Shown here: positions 48,132 to 58,460 of the stretch, piece after piece | How the letters are laid out: each line of letters starts with the position of its first letter | How positions within the stretch are numbered: position 1 is the stretch's first letter | DNA from: an uncultured Rhodospirillales bacterium | Lineage (GTDB): Bacteria > Pseudomonadota > Alphaproteobacteria > CAZRBL01 | Direction: 5' to 3' | DNA: 64,000 bases | Assembly (NCBI GenBank): GCA_964598335.1 | Contig: CAZRBL010000001.1 | Location: 105,291 to 169,290 of the forward strand | The notes under the pieces: generated by a model | What the model saw: only the letters and a program-made list of their open reading frames with translations | What the model was told of the DNA's origin: nothing | Databases searched by the model: none | Position numbers and translations under genes: made by a program

Positions 48132-49250
48132 CTAAGTGATCATCTCATCAATCAAGGAACGGTATATTTCGATCATTTTCTGTTCGTCAAAGGCTTCCGC
48201 CGCGCGGGCGCGATTTTCCGCTCCCAGCCTCAAACGCAATTCCGGATCCTGTGCCAGGCGGGAAATCGCGCCGGCGAGGCCGTCCCGATCACCGCTTTGA
48301 ACCAGAAACCGCCCCGCACTCTCGGGAAGCATGGCGCGAATGTCGCCGACCTCGGTGGCAACCGCCGGCAGCCCGCAGCCCATCGCCTCGACCAGGCTGA
48401 TCGGCATTTGCTCGGTGATCGAGGAAAGCCCGAAGATGTCGCTATCGAGCAAGGCGGTCTCAGGGTTGGTCAGATTGCCTGTAAAATGAACATTCTCGCT
48501 GACACCGGCATCGATTGCGCGTTGCTCCAGCGTCGTCTTCTCCGTTCCTTCGCCGACCAGGACCAGCCGAAGCGGCGGTGTGCCGGATATTGCAGAGGCG
48601 CGGGCAACGGCATCGATCATCAGGGCGTAATTCTTCTCAGGGCGCAGCGCGCCGACGCTGACGATGGTGACGGTGTCGGCGGAGGTAGTCGGCAGCGGGG
48701 ACGGCACTGTGCCCCGCCGGTCGGGCGTGAAACGCTCAAGGTCGATGCCGTTGAGGATATGATGAATTTTCCTTTGCGGCAGGCGCCAGATCCGGGTCGC
48801 GATGCGCATCAGCGTCGCTGAAGGCACCACGATCTGTGCCTTGCCGCTCAGCGCCAGGCGCCGAAACCAGACCCGCCTGGGAATTTGCCTGTTGCCGCTT
48901 TCCTCCGGCCCGAAACCGTCCTCGAAATGCAAATGCGGAGCAATCGGTGCGAAACGATTGGCCATCGCCCATTCAATCGCCCCCCAATTATAGGTGCAGA
49001 TCAAGGATGGCCGGCTGTCGGACAGAAAACGGCGATAGGCCCGCAGGCGAGCGGGCAGGGAGCCGGCGGCATTGAGCGGCTCCATGATTTGCCAAGGGCC
49101 GCCCTCAGGCAGCAGCTGCGCGGCGCCGTCCCTGCCGTCCAGCGGCATGATAAGGTGCTCAATGTCGTCGCCCAGACCCGCCACCAATTGCGCCGCGCGC
49201 GCCTGCGGGCCGCCGATGGCAAAGGTCGAGAACAGATGCAGCAGTTTCAC
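48132..49250 (-). CDS. Glycosyltransferase family 4, XrtA-locus associated
   Basis: GT4 C-terminal domain (ITEQMPISLVEAMGCGLP). 372 aa. Confidence 0.85.
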   Translation of the reverse strand: MKLLHLFSTFAIGGPQARAAQLVAGLGDDIEHLIMPLDGRDGAAQLLPEGGPWQIMEPLNAAGSLPARLRAYRRFLSDSRPSLICTYNWGAIEWAMANRFAPIAPHLHFEDGFGPEESGNRQIPRRVWFRRLALSGKAQIVVPSATLMRIATRIWRLPQRKIHHILNGIDLERFTPDRRGTVPSPLPTTSADTVTIVSVGALRPEKNYALMIDAVARASAISGTPPLRLVLVGEGTEKTTLEQRAIDAGVSENVHFTGNLTNPETALLDSDIFGLSSITEQMPISLVEAMGCGLPAVATEVGDIRAMLPESAGRFLVQSGDRDGLAGAISRLAQDPELRLRLGAENRARAAEAFDEQKMIEIYRSLIDEMIT

Positions 49251-49259
49251 TGCCGCTGC

Positions 49260-51374
49260 CTATTTGGCGTCATTTCCCAGCGCGGCCTGCCAGAAGGCCT
49301 CATCATCGCGGACCGGCTGCCAGTTGAGATCGCGTTTGACGGCGCTGGTATCAAATGACGCGACAAGGCCGCGAGAGGCGAGGTCCCGCTTGCTCGTGCG
49401 GACCGCATCGCGGCGCCCAATGGCGATCTTGATCAGCCATTTGAGCCCTTCGCTGGCTGCCAGCCAGCCGAGCCATTGCGGGTGATATTGGTAATTGCGG
49501 CCGGTCCGGCGGCTCAGCTCTTCCATGTAATCCCGCGCCTTGGGGCGGACATCGCCGACCAGATTGTAGCTCTTGCCCTCGACCGCAGTGTCTGCGGTCA
49601 GGCTTGCGACAATGGCATCGGCGACGTCTTCGACCAGAACAAAGGGCAGCGGATTTGTGCCGTCATTCCAGCCGATCATGTGCTGCGGCCGGTTCATGAA
49701 GCCGATGCCGCTATGCAGCGGATCGCTGCCGCCGCCGACCACCAGGCCGGGACGCAGAATGACCACCGGCAGCTTATCGCTGAAATGGCGTGACAGCAGC
49801 CGCGCTTCTGCCACGCCCTTGGCTCGCCCGTAAAAGGCGCGCAGATGCCCCTGCGGATCCGGCGGCGTTTCGTCCGTCACGGTGTCATGGGCGCTGCCGA
49901 GATAGAGCGCCGCGATGGAGCTGGTATAGATCAGTCGTTTGACGCCATGTTTCTGGCAGGCGTCGGCAACCAGCTCGGCGCTGCCCACGACACCGTCGCG
50001 GACGCTTTCCCAATCATCGCCGGCACCGCCCTGGGCCAGGTTGATGACCGCATCGCAGGCGGCCACCGCCGTCTCGACATCCGCTTTATTGCCGACATCG
50101 CCTCGGGTCAGCGTGACGCCGTCGCGGTCGAACAAGGCGGGAAGATTTTTGGTGCTGCGGGCCATCACCAGCACGCGCTTGCCCTGATCCAGCAGCGCCG
50201 CAACAGTCGCGCGACCGATCAGGCCGGTGCCGCCGATGACCAGCACATCATAACGCTCCTCGAAGGGCGGCGCTGCCAACTCAAGCGGTTTGCGCGGCCT
50301 TGGCGGCGCCGGCAATTGCGCGGCGGCGCGGTTGCAGACATCCACGAGATGGGCGCCGAGATTTTGTGATCGGCTCGTATCGCCGGCCCGCATCTGGCCG
50401 TAAAAATCGGCGATGCTTTCCGCCATGCTGAGAAAGAACGGGTTGCTGGGCGGCTTCAGCTTGGTCAGGGACAACAGGTAATCGATGGCGCCGCGCCAGC
50501 CCTGGCTGCCCAGCGCCGAGGCCTGGCTCATGCCATTGGCGGCGAAGTCGAGAAAATCCGGCCATTGCGTCGGGCGGTCGGGGATACAGCGCGATTGCGC
50601 GACATCGACCGTGATGGCGCCGTCGCTTCCCGACAGATGCAGTTGCCATACAGGATGCGAGGCGCCGAGATCGATGCTCAGCTCCGCCGTGCCGCCGGTG
50701 CAGCTCATCGCGATCAGGAACCGGGTTTGCAGAAAAACACCGTCGACCGCTTCCAGCGGGTCGGGCTGGTGCACCGTCAGCGATTGCACCTCGCCGAGCA
50801 GCGAGACGATTTGCGAGAGCGGGTGAACGGCCTGTTCGAGCAGCAGGTTGCGCGGGCTGTCGAACATCCAGTGGCTCAGCTGGCCGCTGCCGAGCTGCCG
50901 CAGCGGCATGTGATAGCGACAGGAGACGTGGCGCAGATGGCCGATGCCCTTCTCGCGGTCCTCCAGCATCGTCTTCGCCTTGATCAGCGCCGGGTGATGC
51001 GTGAAGTTCTGATTGACGCCCAGAGGCAGCTTTTTCTGTGCCGCCAGCGCGATCAGCGCTTTGGTCTCCGCCGCTTCTTCCGCCATCGGCTTTTCCAGCA
51101 GGACACCGATGCCCTTTTCCAGAAGCTGTGTGCCGATCGCCACATGGGTGGCGGGCGGCGTCAGGACATGCGCAAGGTCGATCTTCAACTCATCCAGCTC
51201 ATCGACTGAGGCGCCGTAATTGGCTGCGCCGACGCGCCTGGCGAAAGCCTCGGCGCGGCCCGGTGCCGGATCGATGACCGCGACGATTTCAACCGTGCCG
51301 GGTTTGCGCAAGACCTCGGCATGGGCAGCGGCAATGTTGCCGGCGCCGATCAGGGCGGTTCTGATGGTTTTCAT
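49260..51374 (-). CDS. Fusion protein: Gfo/Idh/MocA oxidoreductase (N) + NAD-dependent epimerase/dehydratase (C)
   Basis: N-terminus IRTALIGAGNIAAAHAEVL... is a GFO_IDH_MocA Rossmann domain. Residues ~400 to 704 (VLVIGGTGLIGRATV...) form an SDR/epimerase domain. Confidence 0.75.
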   Translation of the reverse strand: MKTIRTALIGAGNIAAAHAEVLRKPGTVEIVAVIDPAPGRAEAFARRVGAANYGASVDELDELKIDLAHVLTPPATHVAIGTQLLEKGIGVLLEKPMAEEAAETKALIALAAQKKLPLGVNQNFTHHPALIKAKTMLEDREKGIGHLRHVSCRYHMPLRQLGSGQLSHWMFDSPRNLLLEQAVHPLSQIVSLLGEVQSLTVHQPDPLEAVDGVFLQTRFLIAMSCTGGTAELSIDLGASHPVWQLHLSGSDGAITVDVAQSRCIPDRPTQWPDFLDFAANGMSQASALGSQGWRGAIDYLLSLTKLKPPSNPFFLSMAESIADFYGQMRAGDTSRSQNLGAHLVDVCNRAAAQLPAPPRPRKPLELAAPPFEERYDVLVIGGTGLIGRATVAALLDQGKRVLVMARSTKNLPALFDRDGVTLTRGDVGNKADVETAVAACDAVINLAQGGAGDDWESVRDGVVGSAELVADACQKHGVKRLIYTSSIAALYLGSAHDTVTDETPPDPQGHLRAFYGRAKGVAEARLLSRHFSDKLPVVILRPGLVVGGGSDPLHSGIGFMNRPQHMIGWNDGTNPLPFVLVEDVADAIVASLTADTAVEGKSYNLVGDVRPKARDYMEELSRRTGRNYQYHPQWLGWLAASEGLKWLIKIAIGRRDAVRTSKRDLASRGLVASFDTSAVKRDLNWQPVRDDEAFWQAALGNDAK

Positions 51375-51623
51375 GGCTCAAGGTCCTTGCGGAGGCCGAC
51401 ATGCTGCGCTGCGAGAGGTCGACAGGCACATGCTTACTGTCAACCGCGCCCGCCGTGCAACTTCACCAATTCGCAATATGAAATGCCTTATTTTGGCAGC
51501 GCAGAGCAGGGTTGCGGCATTGAGTTGTTTGCCGCGTCCCGCGACGGCTACCGATATGCTACGTCGCCGTCGCCCTCGGTGCGATGGTGCGGTATTCACG
51601 CCTGCTGTTTCGTGGAAGGACGG

Positions 51624-53015
51624 ATGGTCAAGATTTTCGGGCAATATGTGCGCAGCGGCACGATCTTGCTGTGCGTCTTTGAGCTGTTGCTGCTGTCTGC
51701 GGTGTTCTTCGGCATGTCGGGTTGGTACGATCCGGTTGCCTTGCTCGACGGCGATGCCACGCTGTTTGTCAATGCGGCGCTGCTGCCGACCGCAATTACC
51801 TGGCTCGCGCTTTATTCGCTGGGCGGCTATGAGACCGCCGGGCCTGACGGACTCGGCGCCTTTGCTCATCGGCTTGCCACTGCCTGCCTGCTTGGTTTTG
51901 CCGCCACGGTGCTGCTCAATGAATACGTCATCGGCGCCGCTTATCCGGTCGAATTGCTGATGGCCGCCTATGTCTTCGGCTATTTTCTGATTCTGGGGAA
52001 CCGCATCGTCGTCAAATACGGTATCGACGCCGATGCCTTCAAACCCCGTGCGCTGGTGCTGGGGACCGGCAAGGTGGCCGAGAACCTCAATCATCTCGCC
52101 CGTGTGCGAAACTTTCGCAGCGTCAGCCTCTATGGCTTTGCCGATCTGCAGGGCGGTGCAGAGCACAGTCCGCGTCTGCCTCCGGCACGGATCCACGCCG
52201 ATATCGGCAATCTTCTGGATTTTGCCATTACGCATTCGATTTCCGAGATCATCGTCGCGCTTGATGATCGGCGCGGGGCGCTGAATGTCCGGCAGCTGCT
52301 TGAATGCAAGCTGCACGGCATCCGCATTACCGAAAGCGCGACCTTTTACGAGCGCGAGGCGGGCAAGGTCGATCTCAACCACATCTACCCGAGCTGGCTG
52401 ATCTATTCGGACGGCTTCCGTCGCAGCTGGCTGACCGATCCGCTCAAGCGCGCATTCGACATTGTTGTCAGCCTGCTGGTTATCGCGCTGAGTTCGCCTT
52501 TCTGGCTTGTCACGGCGATCGCGGTGAAGCTCGACAGCCCGGGGCCGGTGTTCTACCGCCAGATCCGTGTCGGTCACCGCGGCAACGAGTTCGGCGTCTT
52601 GAAATTCCGGTCAATGCGCCAGGATGCTGAAAAAGCGGGCCCGCAATTTGCCAGGGCCAATGACAACAGGGTCACCCGCGTCGGCAAATTCATTCGCAAA
52701 ACCCGCATCGACGAGTTGCCGCAAACCCTCAATGTCTTGCGCGGCGAGATGAGTTTTGTCGGCCCGCGTCCCGAACGCCCCAATTTTGTCAAGGAGTTTG
52801 AAGAGGATATCTCCTATTACGGCGATCGGCATTATGTGAAGCCCGGGATCACCGGCTGGGCGCAGATCAATTACCCTTATGGCGATACCGCCGACGATGC
52901 GCGCGAAAAATTGACCTATGATTTGTACTATATAAAGAATTATTCGCTTTTTCTGGATTTGGTTATCATGCTGAAAACCTTGAACATCGTCATTTGGAAG
53001 GTCGGCTCTCGGTGA
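51624..53015 (+). CDS. Undecaprenyl-phosphate sugar phosphotransferase (WbaP/EpsB-like priming transferase, PEP-CTERM-locus type)
   Basis: ATG at 51624 preceded by GGAAGGA. Multi-TM N-terminus. C-terminal bacterial sugar-transferase domain (KRAFDIVVS...GPRPE...ITGWAQI). Confidence 0.85.
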   Translation: MVKIFGQYVRSGTILLCVFELLLLSAVFFGMSGWYDPVALLDGDATLFVNAALLPTAITWLALYSLGGYETAGPDGLGAFAHRLATACLLGFAATVLLNEYVIGAAYPVELLMAAYVFGYFLILGNRIVVKYGIDADAFKPRALVLGTGKVAENLNHLARVRNFRSVSLYGFADLQGGAEHSPRLPPARIHADIGNLLDFAITHSISEIIVALDDRRGALNVRQLLECKLHGIRITESATFYEREAGKVDLNHIYPSWLIYSDGFRRSWLTDPLKRAFDIVVSLLVIALSSPFWLVTAIAVKLDSPGPVFYRQIRVGHRGNEFGVLKFRSMRQDAEKAGPQFARANDNRVTRVGKFIRKTRIDELPQTLNVLRGEMSFVGPRPERPNFVKEFEEDISYYGDRHYVKPGITGWAQINYPYGDTADDAREKLTYDLYYIKNYSLFLDLVIMLKTLNIVIWKVGSR

Positions 53016-53638
53016 TCGACAGAGAATCTCGACAGGCTTTTGTCTTCATCCTTGCGGCGGCGCTTCTCGCCGGCTGCACCAGCTCGCTCGAGCCGGCCCC
53101 GGCCGAGCTTGCGATCGATCCGACCTCGATCGAAGAATATCGGATCGGTCCGTTGGACAGCGTGTCGATCAATGTCTGGCAGGCGCCGGAATTTTCGACC
53201 GGCGCTCAGGTCCGCCCGGACGGTATGATCACTATGCCCCTGGTCGAGGATGTCGAGGCGGCCGGCAGGACCGCCGAAGAGCTTGCCCGTCATATCGAAG
53301 GCGAACTTGAAGCGTTCTTACAGGATCCGATCGTTACCGTCTCTGTAGGCGGTTTTTCCGGTCCCTTCGATCGGCGTATCCGCATCGTGCGTGAAGGCAG
53401 CACCGGGGTTCAGGCGATCCCGTTCCGGCGCGAAATGACACTTCTCGATCTCATGGTCGAGGCCGGCGGGCTGGGGCCGTTCGACCAGGGAAATCGGGCC
53501 AAGCTGATCCGCAGCGAGGCCGAGGGCAAGCGTACCTACGGGCTTCGTATCGGCGATCTGCTGCGCGATGCCGATCTCGATCACAACGTGCCGATGCTGC
53601 CCGGTGACATTATCGTCATACCCGAGGCTCTGTTCTAG
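52994..53638 (+). CDS. Polysaccharide export protein (Wza/EpsE-like periplasmic lipoprotein)
   Basis: TTG start. Lipoprotein signal FILAAALLAGC. Poly_export / SLBB motifs (GPLDSVSINVW, LLPGDIIVIPE). Confidence 0.8.
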   Translation: MEGRLSVIDRESRQAFVFILAAALLAGCTSSLEPAPAELAIDPTSIEEYRIGPLDSVSINVWQAPEFSTGAQVRPDGMITMPLVEDVEAAGRTAEELARHIEGELEAFLQDPIVTVSVGGFSGPFDRRIRIVREGSTGVQAIPFRREMTLLDLMVEAGGLGPFDQGNRAKLIRSEAEGKRTYGLRIGDLLRDADLDHNVPMLPGDIIVIPEALF

Positions 53639-53727
53639 GGATTGCGTTTCAAGGAGAAAATCGACCCCGGTATGTGCCGGCTTCGGGGATAGCCGGACAA
53701 AGCCGATGAGAGGGCGGGTGACGGGCC

Positions 53728-55728
53728 ATGCAAGATGACCAGTTAGACATCAAGGAACTGCTGTTCCAGTATCTCGGCGAGCTGTGGCGTCGCCGCTATC
53801 TGGTGCTGGTCATCGCCTGGGCCGTGACGCTGGGCGGCTTTGCCTATGTTTTCACCCTGCCGGATGAGTATACGGCCCGTGCGCGTGTCTACATCGATAC
53901 GCAATCGGTGCTGAACCCGCTGATGCAAGGTCTCGCTGTGCAGGGCGACACCGCCAGCCAGATCGACATCATGCGGCGCACATTGCTGACGCGACCGAAT
54001 ATCGAACGCATCATCACCGACACCAATCTCGATCTGGAAATCACCACGCTCGACCCTGAGCGCCGCATGATCCAGCGCGAAAACCTGATCAACAGCGTTC
54101 AGGACTCGATCAACGTCATTTTCGAAGGCAATTCGCTCTTCCGAATTACCTATTCGCACACCAATGCAGAAACCGCGCGCGATGTTGCACAGGCGGTAAT
54201 GACGCTTTTTCGCGAAGAGAACGTCAGCGACCGCCGCGCCGATATCTCGGTCTCGCGCCGCTTTATCGACCGTCAGATCGAGGAATATGAACGCCGGCTG
54301 ATCGATGCCGAACTGCGTGTTGCGCAATTCCGGCGCGACAATGCGGATGTGCTGCAGCGAACCGAGTCCGCCCGCGGTCGACTTGAGACGGTGCAGAGCC
54401 AGATCCGTCAATTGCAATTGGAATTGCAATCAGCGATCTGGCGCCGCGATCAGATCGATTTGCAATTAGCGCAGACGCCGCGCCACGGCGAAGGCGGCGG
54501 CCCGCTTCTGGTTGCGGGCGGGGAGGAGCGCTGTGGTTCCCTTGCCGAGAGCCGCCAAACGCTATTGCTTTCCCTGACCGAGCAACATCCGAATATTCGC
54601 GAGCTGGATCGGCTGATGCAGGCCTATGGCTGCTTCGGCGGCGACGCCGTGCTGGGTGCGAACGCACGGTCGGCAAATTTGCCGGGCGGTCCGCTTGCGG
54701 CGGGTTCGGGTCAACAAAGGGCGGAGCAAAGCGCGCCGCAGCCGGCGCCGGCAGGGCCGGGTGCAAGTGGCGGCGGCTTCGGTTCCGCCTTCCCCTCAAG
54801 CGCGCTCGGCGGTAACAATCTGGGTGAAGTCGGCGGTGCCCTGGACCAGCTTGCGGCGACGCTGCAGGGCAATGACCGGGCCCGCGATGCGGTTCAGGAC
54901 ATGGCCGGCCAAGTCGCCGATGCCGGGGCGCAGGCGGTCGGTAATGCGGTGGCCGAACAACTGGCTCCCTTGGGGCCGCTGGCACCGCAATTGGCCGATG
55001 CTGCACGCGATGCGGCGGGTAACGAATTCGCTGCGCTTGGTGAACTCGGCACGACTGCCGTCCTCGATCAGGTCGGCTTGCCGGCCGAAGGCGACGAGCC
55101 GACCAACCCGGAATATCTCCAGCTTGAACAGGTTTACGACGCCGCCTCCGATGAGATAAATTTGATCCAGCAGCGCATCAATTTCTTCGAGACCCAGCTT
55201 GCCGAAGTGCGCCAGGATATCGAACAGGTGCCGGAAGTGCAGCTCAGGCTCAACCAACTCAATCGCGATTATGAGGCACTTCGGAACATCTATAACGATC
55301 TGATCGAGCGTCGTGAATCAGCCCGACTCGCGCAGAATCTCGAAGATCAGTCGAGTAATGTCGAGGTCCGCGTCGTCGAGCCGCCGATCCTGCCGGTCAA
55401 ACCCAGCGGTCCCGATCGGATGACGTTGTCGCTCGGCGCCCTTGTTTTCGGTCTCGGCCTCGGTCTGGGGGCGGCGCTCGCGCTGGCTCAGTTGAATAAC
55501 AGCTACCGATCGCTGCAGGACCTCAAACGAAGTCTGCGGATGCCGGTTTTGGGTGGTGTTTCCGAATACGACCCGGGCGCCGTGCGCCGGGCGCTGACAT
55601 TGGATTTGCCAATTGTCGCTGCAGGCTTTACCGCTCTGGTCGGGATGACCTTCGTTTTCGTGTATATGCAAACCGTAGCCGGCCTTCGGGTTGACGATAT
55701 CAAGTCTATTGTTTCCGGCCTTTTGTAA
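53728..55728 (+). CDS. Polysaccharide chain-length determinant (PCP/GumC/Wzc-N-like, PEP-CTERM locus type)
   Basis: TM1 near the N-terminus, periplasmic coiled coil, TM2 near the C-terminus. 666 aa, including a ~160 aa Ala/Gly/Gln/Pro-rich insertion at residues ~301-460. Confidence 0.8.
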   Translation: MQDDQLDIKELLFQYLGELWRRRYLVLVIAWAVTLGGFAYVFTLPDEYTARARVYIDTQSVLNPLMQGLAVQGDTASQIDIMRRTLLTRPNIERIITDTNLDLEITTLDPERRMIQRENLINSVQDSINVIFEGNSLFRITYSHTNAETARDVAQAVMTLFREENVSDRRADISVSRRFIDRQIEEYERRLIDAELRVAQFRRDNADVLQRTESARGRLETVQSQIRQLQLELQSAIWRRDQIDLQLAQTPRHGEGGGPLLVAGGEERCGSLAESRQTLLLSLTEQHPNIRELDRLMQAYGCFGGDAVLGANARSANLPGGPLAAGSGQQRAEQSAPQPAPAGPGASGGGFGSAFPSSALGGNNLGEVGGALDQLAATLQGNDRARDAVQDMAGQVADAGAQAVGNAVAEQLAPLGPLAPQLADAARDAAGNEFAALGELGTTAVLDQVGLPAEGDEPTNPEYLQLEQVYDAASDEINLIQQRINFFETQLAEVRQDIEQVPEVQLRLNQLNRDYEALRNIYNDLIERRESARLAQNLEDQSSNVEVRVVEPPILPVKPSGPDRMTLSLGALVFGLGLGLGAALALAQLNNSYRSLQDLKRSLRMPVLGGVSEYDPGAVRRALTLDLPIVAAGFTALVGMTFVFVYMQTVAGLRVDDIKSIVSGLL

Positions 55729-55740
55729 GGGCGCGGGGCG

Positions 55741-56859
55741 ATGAGCTTGATCGACAGGGCGCAGCGCTCGCTGCGTAAGGGTAAGGCTAAGCCGGATTCG
55801 AAAGACAGGCAGCCGGCGGATGATTCGGATGATCTGCCCGATGAAGATACCGCGCTTGAGGCCGCTGTCGAGGAAAGCCGCGATGCCGCTGATGAAGACG
55901 AGGCGCTGAACGCATCCTTCTCCGCACCCGAAGCGGAATGGCAGGAGTTCGACGAGGAGGATGAAGCGCGGCTCGATGATCCTCAAAGCCCGGAGCCGCT
56001 TGAGGCAGCCGAACCCGAACCAGCCCAGCCCTCCGCCGAGCCGGAAACGGCGATTGAACAGCAGGCCGAAACGCCCCCGGCGCCTCAGCCAGCGCCGGCA
56101 GCATCGCCCGCGCGCAGCCGCGATTTCTTCATCGATTTAGAAAGCCTGGCGGAAGAAGGCTTTGTCACACCGTCGACCCGGCGCGGACAGATTTCCGAAG
56201 AAATTCGTCTGATCAAACGGCGGCTGCTGCGGAGTATTCCGACATTGGCCGGGCGTGAGGTCGATGAGGCCAACCCGGTCGATAATGTGATCATGCTGAC
56301 CAGCTCCGAGCCGGGCGAGGGCAAAACCTTTATTGCGCTCAATCTGGCGCTGAGTTTCAGCGTGGACGAAGGCTATGATGTGCTGATCATCGATGCCGAT
56401 GTGGCCAATCCCTCTTTGAGCCGCAAGCTCGAAATCCCGCCCGAGGCGCCCGGGCTGATCGATCTTCTGACCGATGAGACGGTCTCGATGCCGCAGGTTC
56501 TGCATCGCGATGAGAATTTGCGCATCTCGGTGATGGGGGTCGGCACCCGCGTGCCCTCGGCGACCGAGCTGTTCGGCAGTTCGTTGATGCAGGAATTTGT
56601 CGAGCACGTCGCGCGGCGGTATCCGGACCGGGTGATCATCTTCGATGCGCCGCCGGTTCTGGCCAGTACCGAACCCATGGTGTTGTCCAATTCCATGGGT
56701 CATGTATTGCTCGTCGTCGCCGCGAATCGGACTCAGAAAGACACCGTGATGGCCGCTATCGAAATGCTCGATACTACCGACAATGTGCAACTGGTGCTGA
56801 ACCGTGTGCCGACGATCGGCGGCGGTCGCTTCGGGCGCAAATATAGCGGTTATGGCTGA
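55741..56859 (+). CDS. Exopolysaccharide tyrosine-autokinase-like ATPase (BY-kinase / MinD-fold)
   Basis: Walker A-like SEPGEGKTFIALNLA. Walker A'/B (VLIIDAD, IIFDAPP). A ~130 aa highly acidic, Pro-rich N-terminal extension. Confidence 0.75.
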   Translation: MSLIDRAQRSLRKGKAKPDSKDRQPADDSDDLPDEDTALEAAVEESRDAADEDEALNASFSAPEAEWQEFDEEDEARLDDPQSPEPLEAAEPEPAQPSAEPETAIEQQAETPPAPQPAPAASPARSRDFFIDLESLAEEGFVTPSTRRGQISEEIRLIKRRLLRSIPTLAGREVDEANPVDNVIMLTSSEPGEGKTFIALNLALSFSVDEGYDVLIIDADVANPSLSRKLEIPPEAPGLIDLLTDETVSMPQVLHRDENLRISVMGVGTRVPSATELFGSSLMQEFVEHVARRYPDRVIIFDAPPVLASTEPMVLSNSMGHVLLVVAANRTQKDTVMAAIEMLDTTDNVQLVLNRVPTIGGGRFGRKYSGYG

Positions 56860-56865
56860 TCGTCG

Positions 56866-58449
56866 ATGCTCAGGCTGTTTTATGCCGGCCTGATCGGCGC
56901 GGGCTGCTGCCTTGCTGCGGGCACCGCGCTTGCGCTCGACTTCCAATCCTCACAATCGGCCAGCACCAGCATTAACTATTCGGACAATATCGGCCTCGAT
57001 CCGGCCGACGAAAAATTCGGCGGTTTTTCGTATCGCGCGGGACTTAACTCTACCGCCTCCCTGACCGGTTCGCGCTTCGCGATCAATCAGTCGGGCCGTG
57101 TGAATTTCAATTACGCGTCGCAAGATCGGGACGGACAGCGCGATTTGACCGTTGATCAGAATGTCGCCGTCGACGGCAATGTGAATGTCTGGCGCCGTCG
57201 TCTGCTGTTGAATTTCGATGCTTCCTCAAGCCGGCAGCTCGTCGATCTCGATCAGGGCGTGTCGCTCAACCCGGTTTCGGATGTCACCAATCGGCGGTCC
57301 ACCCATCAGGTCTCGGTAACGCCGACCTTTGCCGGCAGGCTGTATCGTCTGGCTTCCTTTAATGTCGTTTATTCCCGCAATTGGAGTTTTGTCAGCGAGC
57401 CCGACACGCCGTCTCAAATCGATGTCGATGTCGATCCCCAGAATACGCAGAATCAAAGCTTGAACGTCTCTCTCGCCAGTCTGCGGGCGAGCAAGTTCGG
57501 CTGGCGCGGAAGCTATGCCCGGAGCAAGGCGCGCGGCGGCCGCGGTGACGGCCGCAATGAGATCGATTCCGATGTCGCCAGCCTGACGCTGTCTTATCGC
57601 TTCAATCAGCGGATCACCGTTCGCGCGACCGGGGGCTATGAATCGCGCCGCCGTCCAGGGGCATTCAGCGATACACAAGGCATCACCTATTCCGGCGGGT
57701 TCAGCTACAGCCCGCGCGAAACATTGCAGGTCAACCTCAATGTCGGCAAGCAATTCGGCGGCCTGTCGGTCAACGGCAATGCGGCGGTGCAGCTCTGGCG
57801 CAAATGGCTGCTGAACCTCGCTGTCGTGACGACGCTCGATACACAGGAAAGGCGGCCGCTCATTCTCGGTGATTTTGATGCCGGCTTTCAGGTTTTCGAC
57901 CCGGTCAGCGGCGAGCTCCTGCGCGACTTCACACCGGAATTTCTGACCCCTGAGGATTTCCTCGCCGACCGTCCGGTTTTCATCGACGATCTCACCGGCG
58001 AGGTCCTGACCGATCTGAGTTCCGATTTCGGCATCAGCGACGAAATCCGACGGACGCGCGCGCTCAATGCCGATCTTTCCGGCTTTTTCGGCCGCAATAA
58101 TGTCTCGTTCAGCGTCGGGGTCCAGGAGGCGACCAGTCAAGTCCGCCCCGACGATGTCGGTGTCAGCGGCAATCTCAGCCTGTCACGCGACCTGCCCGGA
58201 AATCAGTCGCTCTCGCTCAGCGGTTTTGCCCGCTATAACCGCGAAATCGAAAGCGGCTTCGGCGTCGATGAGGGAGATTCCTCAATCAATTTCGGAACCG
58301 CGCTGTCCTATTCCCGCGCACTGACGTCGCGGATCAGGATCAGCACGCGCTACACCTATTCCGAACAGCGCGACCAGGCGCCAGGCATCGGCGACGACAA
58401 AAATTTCCGCGAAAACTCGGTTTCCGTCACGCTGCGGGTCCGGCTATAG
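56866..58449 (+). CDS. PEP-CTERM-locus-associated putative outer-membrane beta-barrel protein
   Basis: Signal peptide. Amphipathic beta-strand-rich, Ser/Asn/Gly-rich sequence. Position matches the conserved uncharacterised OMP of XrtA loci. 527 aa. Confidence 0.6.
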   Translation: MLRLFYAGLIGAGCCLAAGTALALDFQSSQSASTSINYSDNIGLDPADEKFGGFSYRAGLNSTASLTGSRFAINQSGRVNFNYASQDRDGQRDLTVDQNVAVDGNVNVWRRRLLLNFDASSSRQLVDLDQGVSLNPVSDVTNRRSTHQVSVTPTFAGRLYRLASFNVVYSRNWSFVSEPDTPSQIDVDVDPQNTQNQSLNVSLASLRASKFGWRGSYARSKARGGRGDGRNEIDSDVASLTLSYRFNQRITVRATGGYESRRRPGAFSDTQGITYSGGFSYSPRETLQVNLNVGKQFGGLSVNGNAAVQLWRKWLLNLAVVTTLDTQERRPLILGDFDAGFQVFDPVSGELLRDFTPEFLTPEDFLADRPVFIDDLTGEVLTDLSSDFGISDEIRRTRALNADLSGFFGRNNVSFSVGVQEATSQVRPDDVGVSGNLSLSRDLPGNQSLSLSGFARYNREIESGFGVDEGDSSINFGTALSYSRALTSRIRISTRYTYSEQRDQAPGIGDDKNFRENSVSVTLRVRL

Positions 58450-58460
58450 GGAAGCCTGTC

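Noticed and set aside
51490-51520. Possible sigma-54 (-24/-12) promoter TGGCAG...GC upstream of the priming-transferase operon. It would be expected because PrsR is a sigma-54 activator.
   Set aside because: GG-to-GC spacing is one nucleotide short of the TGGCAC-N5-TTGC consensus, and the -12 element is poor. I could not confidently place a sigma-54 promoter by eye.
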